A stretch of DNA of 64,000 nucleotides from Tubiluchus corallicola (Eukaryota; Animalia; Priapulida): positions 55,685 to 119,684 of the forward strand of contig JAQGDQ010002391.1 of NCBI GenBank assembly GCA_030141605.1. Direction: 5' to 3'. Positions 19,522 to 29,697 of this stretch are shown here, piece after piece. The first letter of the stretch is position 1. Each line of letters opens with the position of its first letter. Under the pieces are notes generated by a model. It made no database searches. It saw only the letters and a list, made by a program, of their open reading frames with translations, and was not told the DNA's origin. The position numbers and the translations under genes are program-made.

Positions 19522-21820
19522 TTGGTACCTCGAAGGCGATGCTGTATGGGCAGAGACAGTATTTAGTGCTTCGGGAAGAGGGCGTTTGCCATCGTTCGAA
19601 ATGGGACTTCGCAGCCAGTTTTTGCAACGAGATATCTTCACTTATGATAAAGCTAAAATGGGATCTTTCAAAGATTTCGTTCCTAATCATTATGAATTTG
19701 GGTATCATTTTGTAGCAATGGGCAGAAAGAAGTATGGTAATAGCTTGTGGAATTACTCACCTGATTTCAATTCTTTGGGACGACTTATTTCCCCACAAGA
19801 TCACAACTTGTATAATACAACAGGGTTAGGCTTTGGAAAAGTGAAATTGTATAATGAGTTAATGAAAGAGCTAGATTCTATGTGGCGAGCACAGGATGCA
19901 AAAGTGCAAGCTAACGTGGCAAACACATTGAATTCCTTGCAACGAAAGGGATATGCAAATTATACTTACCCTAAGTTGATGGAAAGTGGCAATGTAATTG
20001 CAAGGAAATATAGTTTTGAAAACGTTGAGCAATTTGTCTTGATAGATGGAGATAAGGAAGAGAAAAAAATAAGAGAGTTGGGGCATATTAATAAAGAACC
20101 TTTTTCATATCGCAAAGGCTTGATTGCTTGGGCAGAACCTTTCCATAACGTAAGGTGGGAGCACAAAAAGTCTTCACGTATTAGGGTGCTGGATGTTAAG
20201 AGCGGAAAAACAAATCGCTTTAGATACAAAGAACGACTGTTTGCTCCATCTTTATCCAACGATTTACAAAGGATTGCCACAGTGGAAGTGGGAAGAGACG
20301 AAAGCTTTTTTCTGACTGTGTTGGATGCTAAGACGGGTAAAGTATTATATAACTTGCCCAATGATAGTAACTTTTTCTTGATTACACCTCAATGGTCATT
20401 TGACGATAAACATATCTACGCCATAGGCTTAGATAATAAAGGAAAAAGACTGTTGAAGATAGATGCAGAAAATGGTGTAATAAAGGCTTTGACACCACCT
20501 ACTTTTACTCAAATTGAGCATATTTTCCCAACACAAAATTATTTGTTCTTTACAGGTGCATATTCAGGAATTAATAATATTTATGCTTATAACTTTGAAA
20601 AGAGTGAAACCTTTAAGGTAACAAGTTCAAAGTTTGGTGCTGATAATGCTTTTGTGTCTTCTGATGAACAAACAATAGTTTATAATGACTATTCTTATGA
20701 AGGAAATAATGTAAAAAAGATGAATCTAAACTCTGATGAATGGTTGCCACTGAGTAAGGTGAAAAACGAAAGCGTGAAATTATATGAAAGTAGTCTTTCT
20801 GACGAACCTGATTTTAGAGCTGTTCCTGTGGACACTATTCTATATGAAACAAAAAAATACTCAAAACTATGGAATGTGTTCAATCTACACTCTTGGATGC
20901 CTTTTTCGCTTGACATAGATGTTGATAATGTTCAGATATCAGAACCTAATATAGGAATAAAACTAATTTCTCAAAATAAACTAAGCACTGTTGTTACTAC
21001 CCTGGATTTCATATATTTAAATGCTTATGATGCTTATAAGTTTAAGGCAGAAGTATCATACAGGGGCTGGTTTCCTGTGTTTGACTTTGGGATAACAACA
21101 TATTCAAAAAATAATTCAAGAGATGATGCAGAGTTACCAACATTATTTGATGCAAGTGTTATGTTACCTATTCGTCAAAGATTCGGGAGTTATTATTTTC
21201 AATTAGAACCTAAGTTAAGTTTTGACTTGGAAAAACGTAGCGGGGAGGATCTAGGAGTAATAGAATCATCACTTTATTTTGCTTTGTTTAGACGGCGTAG
21301 TTATAGAGATTTACTTCCAAGATTAGGAATAGTTAGCAATGTAGAATATTTAAGAAATATAGACTGGAAATTTGATATTCTTAGTCTTGAAAATGTTTTA
21401 TACTTACCAAGCTTATTTCCTAATCATTCTTTTAGGCTCTATAATGGGATACAATTTAAAGAGAACAATAGCAGAGCTAACAAAATTGATATTGCACGAG
21501 GTGTATTAGCTTTTCATAACACTTATCTAAATACTGTAAAGTTGGATTATAGGTTTCCTATTGCATATCCTGATTTTAGTATATGGCTTATTTCATATTT
21601 TAAGAGGTTGAAAGGAGGTGTGTTTTTCGATTATACATATGGAGAGTTTAATTTTTCAGGTATAAACTCCACATCTACAGAAAAATCTGCGGGCATTGAG
21701 TTGAACTTGGATGTGCACGTTTTTAGAATAGGAAGCCCAATTAATATTGGTATAAGGTATGGGTATGATATAAATAGGCAAAGTTATTTTACAAATTTCT
21801 TATTCGGTGTAAGTTTCTAA
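19520..21820 (+). CDS. C-terminal fragment of same gene: zincin remainder, TolB-like propeller, beta-barrel
   Basis: Frame reads NWYLEGDAVWAET..SASGRGRLPSF upstream of 19586; WD/PD40-like units; ends in FGVSF. Confidence 0.75.
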   Translation, partial: NWYLEGDAVWAETVFSASGRGRLPSFEMGLRSQFLQRDIFTYDKAKMGSFKDFVPNHYEFGYHFVAMGRKKYGNSLWNYSPDFNSLGRLISPQDHNLYNTTGLGFGKVKLYNELMKELDSMWRAQDAKVQANVANTLNSLQRKGYANYTYPKLMESGNVIARKYSFENVEQFVLIDGDKEEKKIRELGHINKEPFSYRKGLIAWAEPFHNVRWEHKKSSRIRVLDVKSGKTNRFRYKERLFAPSLSNDLQRIATVEVGRDESFFLTVLDAKTGKVLYNLPNDSNFFLITPQWSFDDKHIYAIGLDNKGKRLLKIDAENGVIKALTPPTFTQIEHIFPTQNYLFFTGAYSGINNIYAYNFEKSETFKVTSSKFGADNAFVSSDEQTIVYNDYSYEGNNVKKMNLNSDEWLPLSKVKNESVKLYESSLSDEPDFRAVPVDTILYETKKYSKLWNVFNLHSWMPFSLDIDVDNVQISEPNIGIKLISQNKLSTVVTTLDFIYLNAYDAYKFKAEVSYRGWFPVFDFGITTYSKNNSRDDAELPTLFDASVMLPIRQRFGSYYFQLEPKLSFDLEKRSGEDLGVIESSLYFALFRRRSYRDLLPRLGIVSNVEYLRNIDWKFDILSLENVLYLPSLFPNHSFRLYNGIQFKENNSRANKIDIARGVLAFHNTYLNTVKLDYRFPIAYPDFSIWLISYFKRLKGGVFFDYTYGEFNFSGINSTSTEKSAGIELNLDVHVFRIGSPINIGIRYGYDINRQSYFTNFLFGVSF

Positions 21821-21961
21821 CTCATATTTAAATTCTTAACTTTATACTGAAGTATTCTTGTAAGCAAAATACTAAAGCTACCCCTACCCTACTTCAACAA
21901 CTATAATTCAAAAAAGTGATATGTTTTCATATCTTTGTAAAAATTATATTATTTTACTGAA

Positions 21962-23266
21962 TTGAAACAGCACATCCGAAATATAAGAAGTAAAACAAAA
22001 CAACAAATAAAAACAACAAAAGGTAGTATAAAACGACATAAAACTTTAGTTGCAAATTTTGGTTATTTATCAGCACTACAAGTGTTTAATATAATTTTGC
22101 CGCTTATCACTTACCCTTATCTTATACGAGTATTAGGTGCAGAAATTTATGGAACAATAGTTTTTGCTCAAGTCATTATGATATACTTTTCTACATTTAT
22201 CAATTTTGGATTTCATACTTTAGGGGTGAGAGAAGTTTCTATCCATAGAAATGATAAGCAAAAATTGATTGAAATTGTTTCTAGTATTTTTGCCTCTAAA
22301 TTTTTTTTTCTCCTTGTAAGTATGAGCATATTGACAGGACTACTATTCATTATTCCTAAATTTAATGAGCACTGGAAATTATATGCTCTTTCTTTTGGGC
22401 TATGTGTTAGCGAATTTTTGTTACCTGTATGGTTTTTCCAAGGAGTAGAAAAAATGAAATACGTTACCCTAATCAATATGATATCTAGAGTTATTTTTGC
22501 TCTACTTATTTTTACAATAATAAAGCAACCCGAAGATTACTTATACGTTCCCTTATTGAATAGTATAGGTGCTATAACAGGGAGTATAATTGGTTTAAGC
22601 ATAGTATATACTACCTACAAATTAAAGTTTTCTTCCCAGCCAGCTTCTGTCATTTATAGTTATGTGAAGTCTAGCTCTCCTCTATTTGTTTCCAATATAA
22701 CAGCCAGCGGTAAGGATTACGGAAGCGTTGTTTTTTTAGGATTTATGCTAGGTGATTTACAGGTAGCTTATTATGATCTTGCAAATAAAATTTCGATGAT
22801 GATGAAAACTTTATTTCAAAGCATAACAAATGTTGCTTTCCCCAACATCGCAAAAAGTATGAATAGCAGTGGCTCAAAAAAAATCATTAAATTAACCCTA
22901 TCACTTACTTTGCCTACATATCTTACACTTTGCTTAGTTTCCAAACCAATTATACTTCTTATAGGAGGAGAAGCAATGCTACCTACTCAGAATGTGGTAT
23001 ATATACTTGGCTTAATAATAGTTTTAATGCCTTTAAGTACTCAAATTGGGAATTTGGTTTTACTTACCAATGGGTACTATAAATCATTTTCTTTTAGCTT
23101 AGTACTTGCAACCACTATTTATTTTTCACTTGTTTTCATACTATATTTGCTCAAGTATGTAAATCTTTATACCATTACTGCTTGCTTAATAGTATCTTTG
23201 TTTTTTGAAATTTTTTATAGAATTTATTATTGTCAAAAATATAAGTTAACTTCGTGGTTGTTTTAA
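21962..23266 (+). CDS. wzx: Oligosaccharide flippase (Wzx family)
   Basis: NFGYLSALQVFNIILPLITYPYLIRVLG, PVWFFQGVEKMKY, multiple TM helices. Confidence 0.92.
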   Translation: MKQHIRNIRSKTKQQIKTTKGSIKRHKTLVANFGYLSALQVFNIILPLITYPYLIRVLGAEIYGTIVFAQVIMIYFSTFINFGFHTLGVREVSIHRNDKQKLIEIVSSIFASKFFFLLVSMSILTGLLFIIPKFNEHWKLYALSFGLCVSEFLLPVWFFQGVEKMKYVTLINMISRVIFALLIFTIIKQPEDYLYVPLLNSIGAITGSIIGLSIVYTTYKLKFSSQPASVIYSYVKSSSPLFVSNITASGKDYGSVVFLGFMLGDLQVAYYDLANKISMMMKTLFQSITNVAFPNIAKSMNSSGSKKIIKLTLSLTLPTYLTLCLVSKPIILLIGGEAMLPTQNVVYILGLIIVLMPLSTQIGNLVLLTNGYYKSFSFSLVLATTIYFSLVFILYLLKYVNLYTITACLIVSLFFEIFYRIYYCQKYKLTSWLF

Positions 23267-23279
23267 TTTTTTTGTAAAA

Positions 23280-24067
23280 ATGAAGAGTCAAAGAGAAATA
23301 GACTTCGTTGTTCTATGGATAGATGACAATGACCTTAAGTGACAAGAAGAATTTAACAAATATGCAGCTAAATAATAAAGGTGATAAATACTCTGTTAGA
23401 TTTAGAGATTGGGGTAATTTACAATGTTTATTCAGATCATTTGAGCAATTCACTCCTTGGATAAGAAAAATGCATTTTGTTACTCAGGGACATATTCCTA
23501 AATGGATGAATATTAATCATCCTAAATTAAATATTGTTAAGCACAAAGATTATATTCCTAGAAAAGGCTGTTCTAAATGCTATATCTGGAAGTTCATTAT
23601 CTCATAACTATATAAATGACATACATACAATAAACACATGCTTTAATAAAAGAAATGCAATGCTGGGAAATTTAAAAAAATGGGGCAACATAAAATATGG
23701 TTTTAAACTATTAAGAACTTTTTTGTTGTTTCCTTGGCCTAATTTCACAGGTTCTTATGATCCAGATCAGCCACAACCTTTTTTAAAGCGTACTTTTGAA
23801 GAAGTATGGCAAAAGAATAGAAAAAACTATACCATATCAACAAAATTTAGAAGCACTAGTGTTGTCAATCAGTATTTATCCCGCTATTGGCAATTAGTAA
23901 AAGGAGATTTTATACCTATTGGTTTTAAAGATACTTATCTATCAAAATTAATATCTTTAAACGAGGAAAAAAACGCACAAAAACTTATAGAAAAAAGAAA
24001 ATATACATTTACTGCTTTAAATGATAGTGAGAAAATAAGTCCAAACTTAAGCAAACTAAAAAAATGA
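23280..24067 (+). pseudogene. Stealth-family capsular hexose-1-phosphate phosphotransferase, disrupted
   Basis: CR1 IDFVVLWIDDNDLK* (TGA where W is typical), CR2 RFRDWGNLQCLFRS..PWIRKMHFVT..HPKLNIVKHKDYIP, CR3 KFRS...NQY..RYWQ, CR4 ALND; split over three frames. Confidence 0.88.
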
Positions 24068-24071
24068 TAAG

Positions 24072-25280
24072 ATGAAATCATCCTTAAAAATTAGAAATGC
24101 TTTTATAACAGTCTTTTTATTCTTTTTTTCTCCCTTTTCTTCCTTGCCCTTTGTACTTATAGAAATTTTTCATCAAAAAAAATATGCCATTTTTTTAATA
24201 TCTTTTTTTATGGCAACATTAGCTTATATTTGGATACCCCCAGTAGACTGGGATATAGTAAGGCATTACATAAATTATAATCACTTTTTAAAATGGAATT
24301 TTTCAGAGTTTATTGATTTCTTAAAAGATAAAAAAGATTACCTCTTATATATAGTTAGTTTCTCTTTGGGAAAAATAGGAGTATCAAGGCAATTTATTCC
24401 TTTTTTCTCTGTTCTTGTAGGTTGTTCTATTTTCTTATCAATATTTCACAATATATATAAAGGTGCTAATAGAAATATATATTTTATGTTTTTTATATTG
24501 TGTTTTTTAAGCCTTCCAATAAGAAAACTTGCTATGGGAGTGAGAAATTCTTTAGCAATCATTATGTTTGCTTATGGTGTATTTTTGCTTTTTTACCAGA
24601 AAAATAAAATGGGGAGAATATATATACTACTTGCTGCACTTACTCATGTTATGATTTGGATCGTTGTTCCATTTTTATTTTTGATAAAAAAAAATAAAAC
24701 ATATTATCGTTTTTATAAATACATATTTTTGTTCTCTTTCATTTTGGTGATATTTCCTAATGTAAAGTCTTCCATTTTTATAACCATAGGAAACGCCATG
24801 GGACTTGAAAATTATGTTAACCATTATGTAGGCTTATGGACAAAAGATGTTCTTGCACAATTTAGTTTCTCAAGAAAAGTCTATTATTATATAAGTTTAT
24901 CAAGTAGTTATTTTTCGTTATTTTATTTAATTACCACAAACAACTTGAATTCACATAGAATAAGGCAAATAACTTATCTCATCGCTGCTTTTTCTAATTT
25001 ATTCTTTTATGAATATATTTTATATGCTAGATACATAGATATTGTTACTACCTTATGTATTATTGATTTGATAATTTATTATCGCGTAACTATGAAAAAA
25101 TACTTGCTATCATATTCTATCATTTTTATTTTAATTTTTTCTATAACTAAGGTAGCTAATATTTATGCAGGACGCAGCACTTTTAATGAAAGTTTTATAA
25201 GAGTAATCTCACAAAATTGTATTTCTGTTTTTTTTATTAAAATAGATGATTCTAAACTTATAAGTAAATCTAAAAAATAA
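24072..25280 (+). CDS. wzy: EpsG/Wzy-like polysaccharide polymerase
   Basis: Highly hydrophobic, very AT-rich; DIVRHY, GVRNSLAI, LTH motifs; position in wzx-GT cluster. Confidence 0.78.
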   Translation: MKSSLKIRNAFITVFLFFFSPFSSLPFVLIEIFHQKKYAIFLISFFMATLAYIWIPPVDWDIVRHYINYNHFLKWNFSEFIDFLKDKKDYLLYIVSFSLGKIGVSRQFIPFFSVLVGCSIFLSIFHNIYKGANRNIYFMFFILCFLSLPIRKLAMGVRNSLAIIMFAYGVFLLFYQKNKMGRIYILLAALTHVMIWIVVPFLFLIKKNKTYYRFYKYIFLFSFILVIFPNVKSSIFITIGNAMGLENYVNHYVGLWTKDVLAQFSFSRKVYYYISLSSSYFSLFYLITTNNLNSHRIRQITYLIAAFSNLFFYEYILYARYIDIVTTLCIIDLIIYYRVTMKKYLLSYSIIFILIFSITKVANIYAGRSTFNESFIRVISQNCISVFFIKIDDSKLISKSKK

Positions 25281-25323
25281 AAATACGCTTGTTTTATAAA
25301 TTTGTATTTAAAAATTCTTTCAA

Positions 25324-26262
25324 ATGAAATTAGCTCCCATTGTACTATTTACATATAATCGTCCTTATCTCACACAAAGAACAGTAAAAGCATTACAACT
25401 TAACAGTTTAGCGAAACAAAGTGATTTGTTTATTTTTTCAGATGGACCGAAGTCAGATAAAGATAAACAAGCAGTAGAAAATGTTAGGGAGTATATAAAT
25501 AATATTGATGGCTTTAAATCTATAACAGTTAAAACCGCAAAAAAAAATAAGGGATTGGCAAATTCTATTATCGAAGGGGTTACAGAAGTGATTAATCAAT
25601 TTGACTCAGCAATCATATTAGAGGATGATTTAATAACAGATGCCTATTTTTTAACTTATATGAATGAGTCATTAAATTTTTATCAACAAGATAGCAGAAT
25701 TTGGTCCATCTCAGGATGTTCTTATTTACTAAAATTACCCAAAGACTATAAAGAAGATGTTTACCTATCCCTTAGAGCCAGCTCCCATGGTTGGGCTACC
25801 TGGAAAAGTAGATGGGATTGTATAGACTGGAGTGTAAGCGATTTTGAGCAGTTTAAGAAAGACAAAAAACTACAAAAAACCTTCAATAAAGGAGGAGCAG
25901 ATATGACAGAAACGTTATTTTTGCAAATGAGAAGCTATATAGATTCATGGGCTATTCGCTGGTGTTATGCTCAGTTTAAAAAAAGAATGTATAGTGTTGT
26001 ACCTCGTGTTTCTTTAGTTCATAATATAGGCTTTGATAATAATGCAACACATACTTTCAGAAAAACGAAAAAATTTAAAGCAAACAAACATTTAAATCAA
26101 CAAGATAAGCCTATTAGGTTAGCTCACATTGAACCTAACAAAGAAATATTATCAAAACTAAAAATGCTCTATAGAAAGCCATTGCTGTTATTTATAAAAA
26201 AACAATGCAGAAAGTTAGGACTTTACAAAGTAGGAAGAAAATTATTTAGAAAATTATATTAA
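25324..26262 (+). CDS. Glycosyltransferase, GT-A fold (GT2-like)
   Basis: APIVLFTYNRP, FSDGPK, IILEDDL, SHGWATW, DSWAIRW, NIGFD. Confidence 0.9.
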   Translation: MKLAPIVLFTYNRPYLTQRTVKALQLNSLAKQSDLFIFSDGPKSDKDKQAVENVREYINNIDGFKSITVKTAKKNKGLANSIIEGVTEVINQFDSAIILEDDLITDAYFLTYMNESLNFYQQDSRIWSISGCSYLLKLPKDYKEDVYLSLRASSHGWATWKSRWDCIDWSVSDFEQFKKDKKLQKTFNKGGADMTETLFLQMRSYIDSWAIRWCYAQFKKRMYSVVPRVSLVHNIGFDNNATHTFRKTKKFKANKHLNQQDKPIRLAHIEPNKEILSKLKMLYRKPLLLFIKKQCRKLGLYKVGRKLFRKLY

Positions 26263-26700
26263 AAATGATTAGGTAACGATATATAAATTTACACTAAATA
26301 TATTTTTTTGTATAAATAACTTGTCTTTGTTTTATATAATACCAAAACTTGTATTTAACAAAGATATGAAATGATACCTCCCAATAGGATAAGTTACAGT
26401 TCTATTATTTGTTTTACAACTTCTCTTTTTAGGAACTAGGAGAGAGCCAAACACCTAAAAAATGGATATAGGAGAAGTAGCACAACACGTTAATTTAATA
26501 GTAGATATAGTAAAGTTGAAAAAGTGTATTGAAAAAAAACAGAAGATAAGGATATACAAAGATATAGAACTATTAGAAATATAAATTAGACAAATCTTAG
26601 GATAATTCAAAAAATGACAAATCTAATCTTAATAAAAGAAATTTAGTTTAAAATTATATATAATTGCCAAAGTTTTTAATCTCTGTATCTAAATAACAAT

Positions 26701-27795
26701 ATGATTTCAAAGAAAAAGGTTCTTTTCTTCTGCCCCCTTCCCCCACCTATTACAGGACAAGCAATCGCATCTAATATTATACACAAAGCAATAAAACCTA
26801 CATATACAATTAATACAAATTTAAAAAATAAACTAATAGAAACATTATTTGTAATAAAAAAAACTCTTTGGGTTGTATTATTTCATAAAATAGATGTAGT
26901 ATACTTTACCTGCACACGAAGTAAAACAGGGGCAATTAAAGACATTATCTTACTTACTCTTTGTAAATTGAAACAGATTAAAGTTATCAATCACTTACAC
27001 GGCAATGATCTACCAAACCTCTTTGAAAATAAGAAAAGTTTATTTACTAAAATATTAATTTGGAGTTATAAACAAATCGATACAACAATCCTGCTTTTTG
27101 GTGGACATAAAGAACAGTTGTCTCTGTTTCCAGAAATGAAGAAGATTGTTATTCCAAATTGTTACGACCCTATACTTGATAATCTAGTTATTCATACTTC
27201 TAAAAAAAATAATGATAAAATACATCTCCTCTATCTATCAAACATAATGAAAAGTAAAGGTATCCTTACTGCTTTAGATGCTTTTGAAAGGATAGCAAAA
27301 GAATATAAAAATGTTATTTTTCATATTGCAGGGCAAGCTATGACTGACCATTTGATGTCTGCTAAAGAAATTAATATTCTTTTTTCCCAGAAATTAAACT
27401 CCCTTAAAGCTAAATTTCCTCGCAAACTTAATTACTATGGTACTGTTTTAGGAAAAACTAAACAAAATATTTTAGCTAAAAATGATATCTTTCTACTAAC
27501 AACCTATTATAAAACAGAAGCTTTTCCAATATCTATATTAGAAGCAATGGTATCAGGATGTGCAATTATTACTACTAAGCACAACTTTTTACCCGAATTG
27601 GTAAGTGATAAAGAAGGCATATTAATAGAGCCTAACAATGTAGAAAGTCTATACAATGGAATAAAATACCTTATAGAAAATAAAGAAAAACTTAGAGAGA
27701 TTCAAAAACATAATATAGAGTTAGCAAAAGAAAAATATTCCCCTCAACAATATATAAAAAGTGTATCAAGTATAATTTTCTGTGATAAAAAATGA
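26701..27795 (+). CDS. Glycosyltransferase family 4
   Basis: PLPPPITGQ, HLHG, YLSNIMKSKG, EAFPISILEAM. Confidence 0.92.
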   Translation: MISKKKVLFFCPLPPPITGQAIASNIIHKAIKPTYTINTNLKNKLIETLFVIKKTLWVVLFHKIDVVYFTCTRSKTGAIKDIILLTLCKLKQIKVINHLHGNDLPNLFENKKSLFTKILIWSYKQIDTTILLFGGHKEQLSLFPEMKKIVIPNCYDPILDNLVIHTSKKNNDKIHLLYLSNIMKSKGILTALDAFERIAKEYKNVIFHIAGQAMTDHLMSAKEINILFSQKLNSLKAKFPRKLNYYGTVLGKTKQNILAKNDIFLLTTYYKTEAFPISILEAMVSGCAIITTKHNFLPELVSDKEGILIEPNNVESLYNGIKYLIENKEKLREIQKHNIELAKEKYSPQQYIKSVSSIIFCDKK

Positions 27796-28547
27796 AAATT
27801 TCCATTATTACCATTACTTACAATAACAAAGATACAATATTGGACACCATACACTCAGTCCTTACCCAAACCTACCTCAACATAGAATATATTATTGTAG
27901 ATGGAAAATCAACAGACGGAACAGTTGAGATAATCAAATCATATCAAAACAAATTTAATGGGAGACTCAAATGGGTAAGCGAACCTGACAAAGGCATATA
28001 CGATGCAATGAATAAAGGCATAAAAATGACTACGGGAGATATAATTGGTTTTCTAAACTCAGATGACTTCTATACTGACAACAATGTTATTGAGCAAATA
28101 GTAAATGTATTTAAAAAGAAAAATGTAGATAGTTTATATGCCAACCTATATTATGTAGATAGCCAGAACACCAACAAAATAAAAAGAAAATGGAAGTCTT
28201 GCCATTTTAATTCTAATCTTTTTAAAAAAGGTTGGCACCCAGCACATCCCACATTTTTTGTAAAAAAAGAGATATATAACAAATATGGGATGTTTAATTT
28301 AGATTTTAAAATAGCTGCTGATTACGAATTGATGCTACGATTTTTACAAAAACATAAAATATCCTCAACCTACTTAGATAAATATATTATAAAGATGAGG
28401 CTTGGAGGTGAAAGTAATAGAAGCATAAGAAACATACTCAAAGCTAATGTAGAATGCTATAAAGCTTGGAAAGCAAATAAGTTAAACATAAGTCCTCTAT
28501 TTATAGCCTTAAAATGGTTGAAGAAAATTAAGCAGCTATTAAAATAG
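27792..28547 (+). CDS. Glycosyltransferase family 2 (WcaE-like)
   Basis: KISIITITYN, DGKSTDGT, SEPDKGIYDAMNKG, FLNSDD, HPTFF, AADYE. Confidence 0.93.
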   Translation: MKISIITITYNNKDTILDTIHSVLTQTYLNIEYIIVDGKSTDGTVEIIKSYQNKFNGRLKWVSEPDKGIYDAMNKGIKMTTGDIIGFLNSDDFYTDNNVIEQIVNVFKKKNVDSLYANLYYVDSQNTNKIKRKWKSCHFNSNLFKKGWHPAHPTFFVKKEIYNKYGMFNLDFKIAADYELMLRFLQKHKISSTYLDKYIIKMRLGGESNRSIRNILKANVECYKAWKANKLNISPLFIALKWLKKIKQLLK

Positions 28548-28682
28548 CCTTTTGAATACAGACAGAAACAAAACTATATTAGAATAAGGAGCTGCTATAA
28601 GACTTCAATTTATTTTCTTTTTAAAAGACAGGCTCTTATTTTTTCATTGGAAACAGCTTCATTGTATAGTAGGTTCTGTTAA

Positions 28683-28850
28683 GGAATAAAAGAAAAAAAT
28701 ATCAGTGCAAACGATATTATCAAAAAAGCGGCTCAATACATACAAGGCGGTGGTGGCGGGCAGCCTTTTTATGCTACTGCAGGAGGTAAAAACCCTAATG
28801 GACTACAAAAAGCCTTAGAAAAAGCTATAAAAATAGGAGTAAAAAACTAA
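28683..28850 (+). pseudogene. alaS: Orphan 3' end of alanyl-tRNA synthetase (C-Ala/DHHA1 domain)
   Basis: GIKEKNISANDIIKKAAQYIQGGGGGQPFYATAGGKNPNGLQKALEKAIKIGVKN*; preceded by in-frame TAA, no start codon. Confidence 0.85.
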
Positions 28851-28859
28851 ACATAACAT

Positions 28860-29480
28860 ATGAACGAGACCAATATACCATCTGCCCTGCTTGAAAATGC
28901 TATCAACGAATTTGCCAAACTACCCAGCATAGGCAAAAAAACGGCTTTACGTCTTATACTTCATTTATTAAAACAAGATGACAATCAAGTAGAAGACTTC
29001 GGCAATAGTATAATTAAACTAAAAAAAGAGGTGTGCTATTGTAAAGTTTGCCATAATATTTCTGACACAGAAATTTGTAACATCTGCTCTAATAATTCGC
29101 GAAACAAGAATATCATCTGTGTTGTAGAAAACATTAAAGACGTAATGTCTATAGAAAATACACAGCAATACAACGGGCTGTATCACGTGTTGGGGGGAAT
29201 TATATCGCCAATGGATGGTATAGGACCCAAAGACATAAATATAGTTTCTCTCGTAGAAAAAGTATCACAGGGAAAGATAGACGAAATTATCCTTGCTCTT
29301 AGTACAACAATGGAAGGAGATACTACCAACTTTTACTTATACAAAAAACTAAATAAGTTTGATGTAAGCATATCTACAATAGCCAGAGGCATATCTATAG
29401 GCAATGAACTCGAATATGCAGATGAAATTACACTTGGACGTTCTATAACAAATAGAACGCCATTTGAACTCTCTATCTAA
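28860..29480 (+). CDS. recR: Recombination mediator RecR
   Basis: [13 protein letters not shown]4 zinc finger CKVCHN...[28 protein letters not shown]. Confidence 0.97.
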   Translation: MNETNIPSALLENAINEFAKLPSIGKKTALRLILHLLKQDDNQVEDFGNSIIKLKKEVCYCKVCHNISDTEICNICSNNSRNKNIICVVENIKDVMSIENTQQYNGLYHVLGGIISPMDGIGPKDINIVSLVEKVSQGKIDEIILALSTTMEGDTTNFYLYKKLNKFDVSISTIARGISIGNELEYADEITLGRSITNRTPFELSI

Positions 29481-29645
29481 CAAACTATTTTTGGCAATGT
29501 ATTAGAAATTAGCAGTAAAACAAATCAAGATAGTTTTCTTATTTTAATTGTGATTTATTTCTCTTTTTTTAGACACACTTAGAAAAGACATTTAGCAAAG
29601 AAATGACAACTTTTCTTTTTTCTTGCTAAATTTAAAAAAAACAGT

Positions 29646-29653
29646 TACTTTTG
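29646..29653 (+). promoter_or_regulatory. -7 promoter element of array copy 1 (equivalents TATATTTG 31588, TACCTTTG 34282, TATCTTTG 36335)
   Basis: TAnnTTTG consensus lies shortly upstream of each of the four paralogues. Confidence 0.6.
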
Positions 29654-29697
29654 CATAAAAATATTGTTTTTTTAGGATTATAAATTAAATAGGATTA

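Noticed and set aside
26263-26700. Possible decayed gene in the gap inside the glycan locus
   Set aside because: Short broken frames (MDIGEVAQHVNL...) with no recognisable motif
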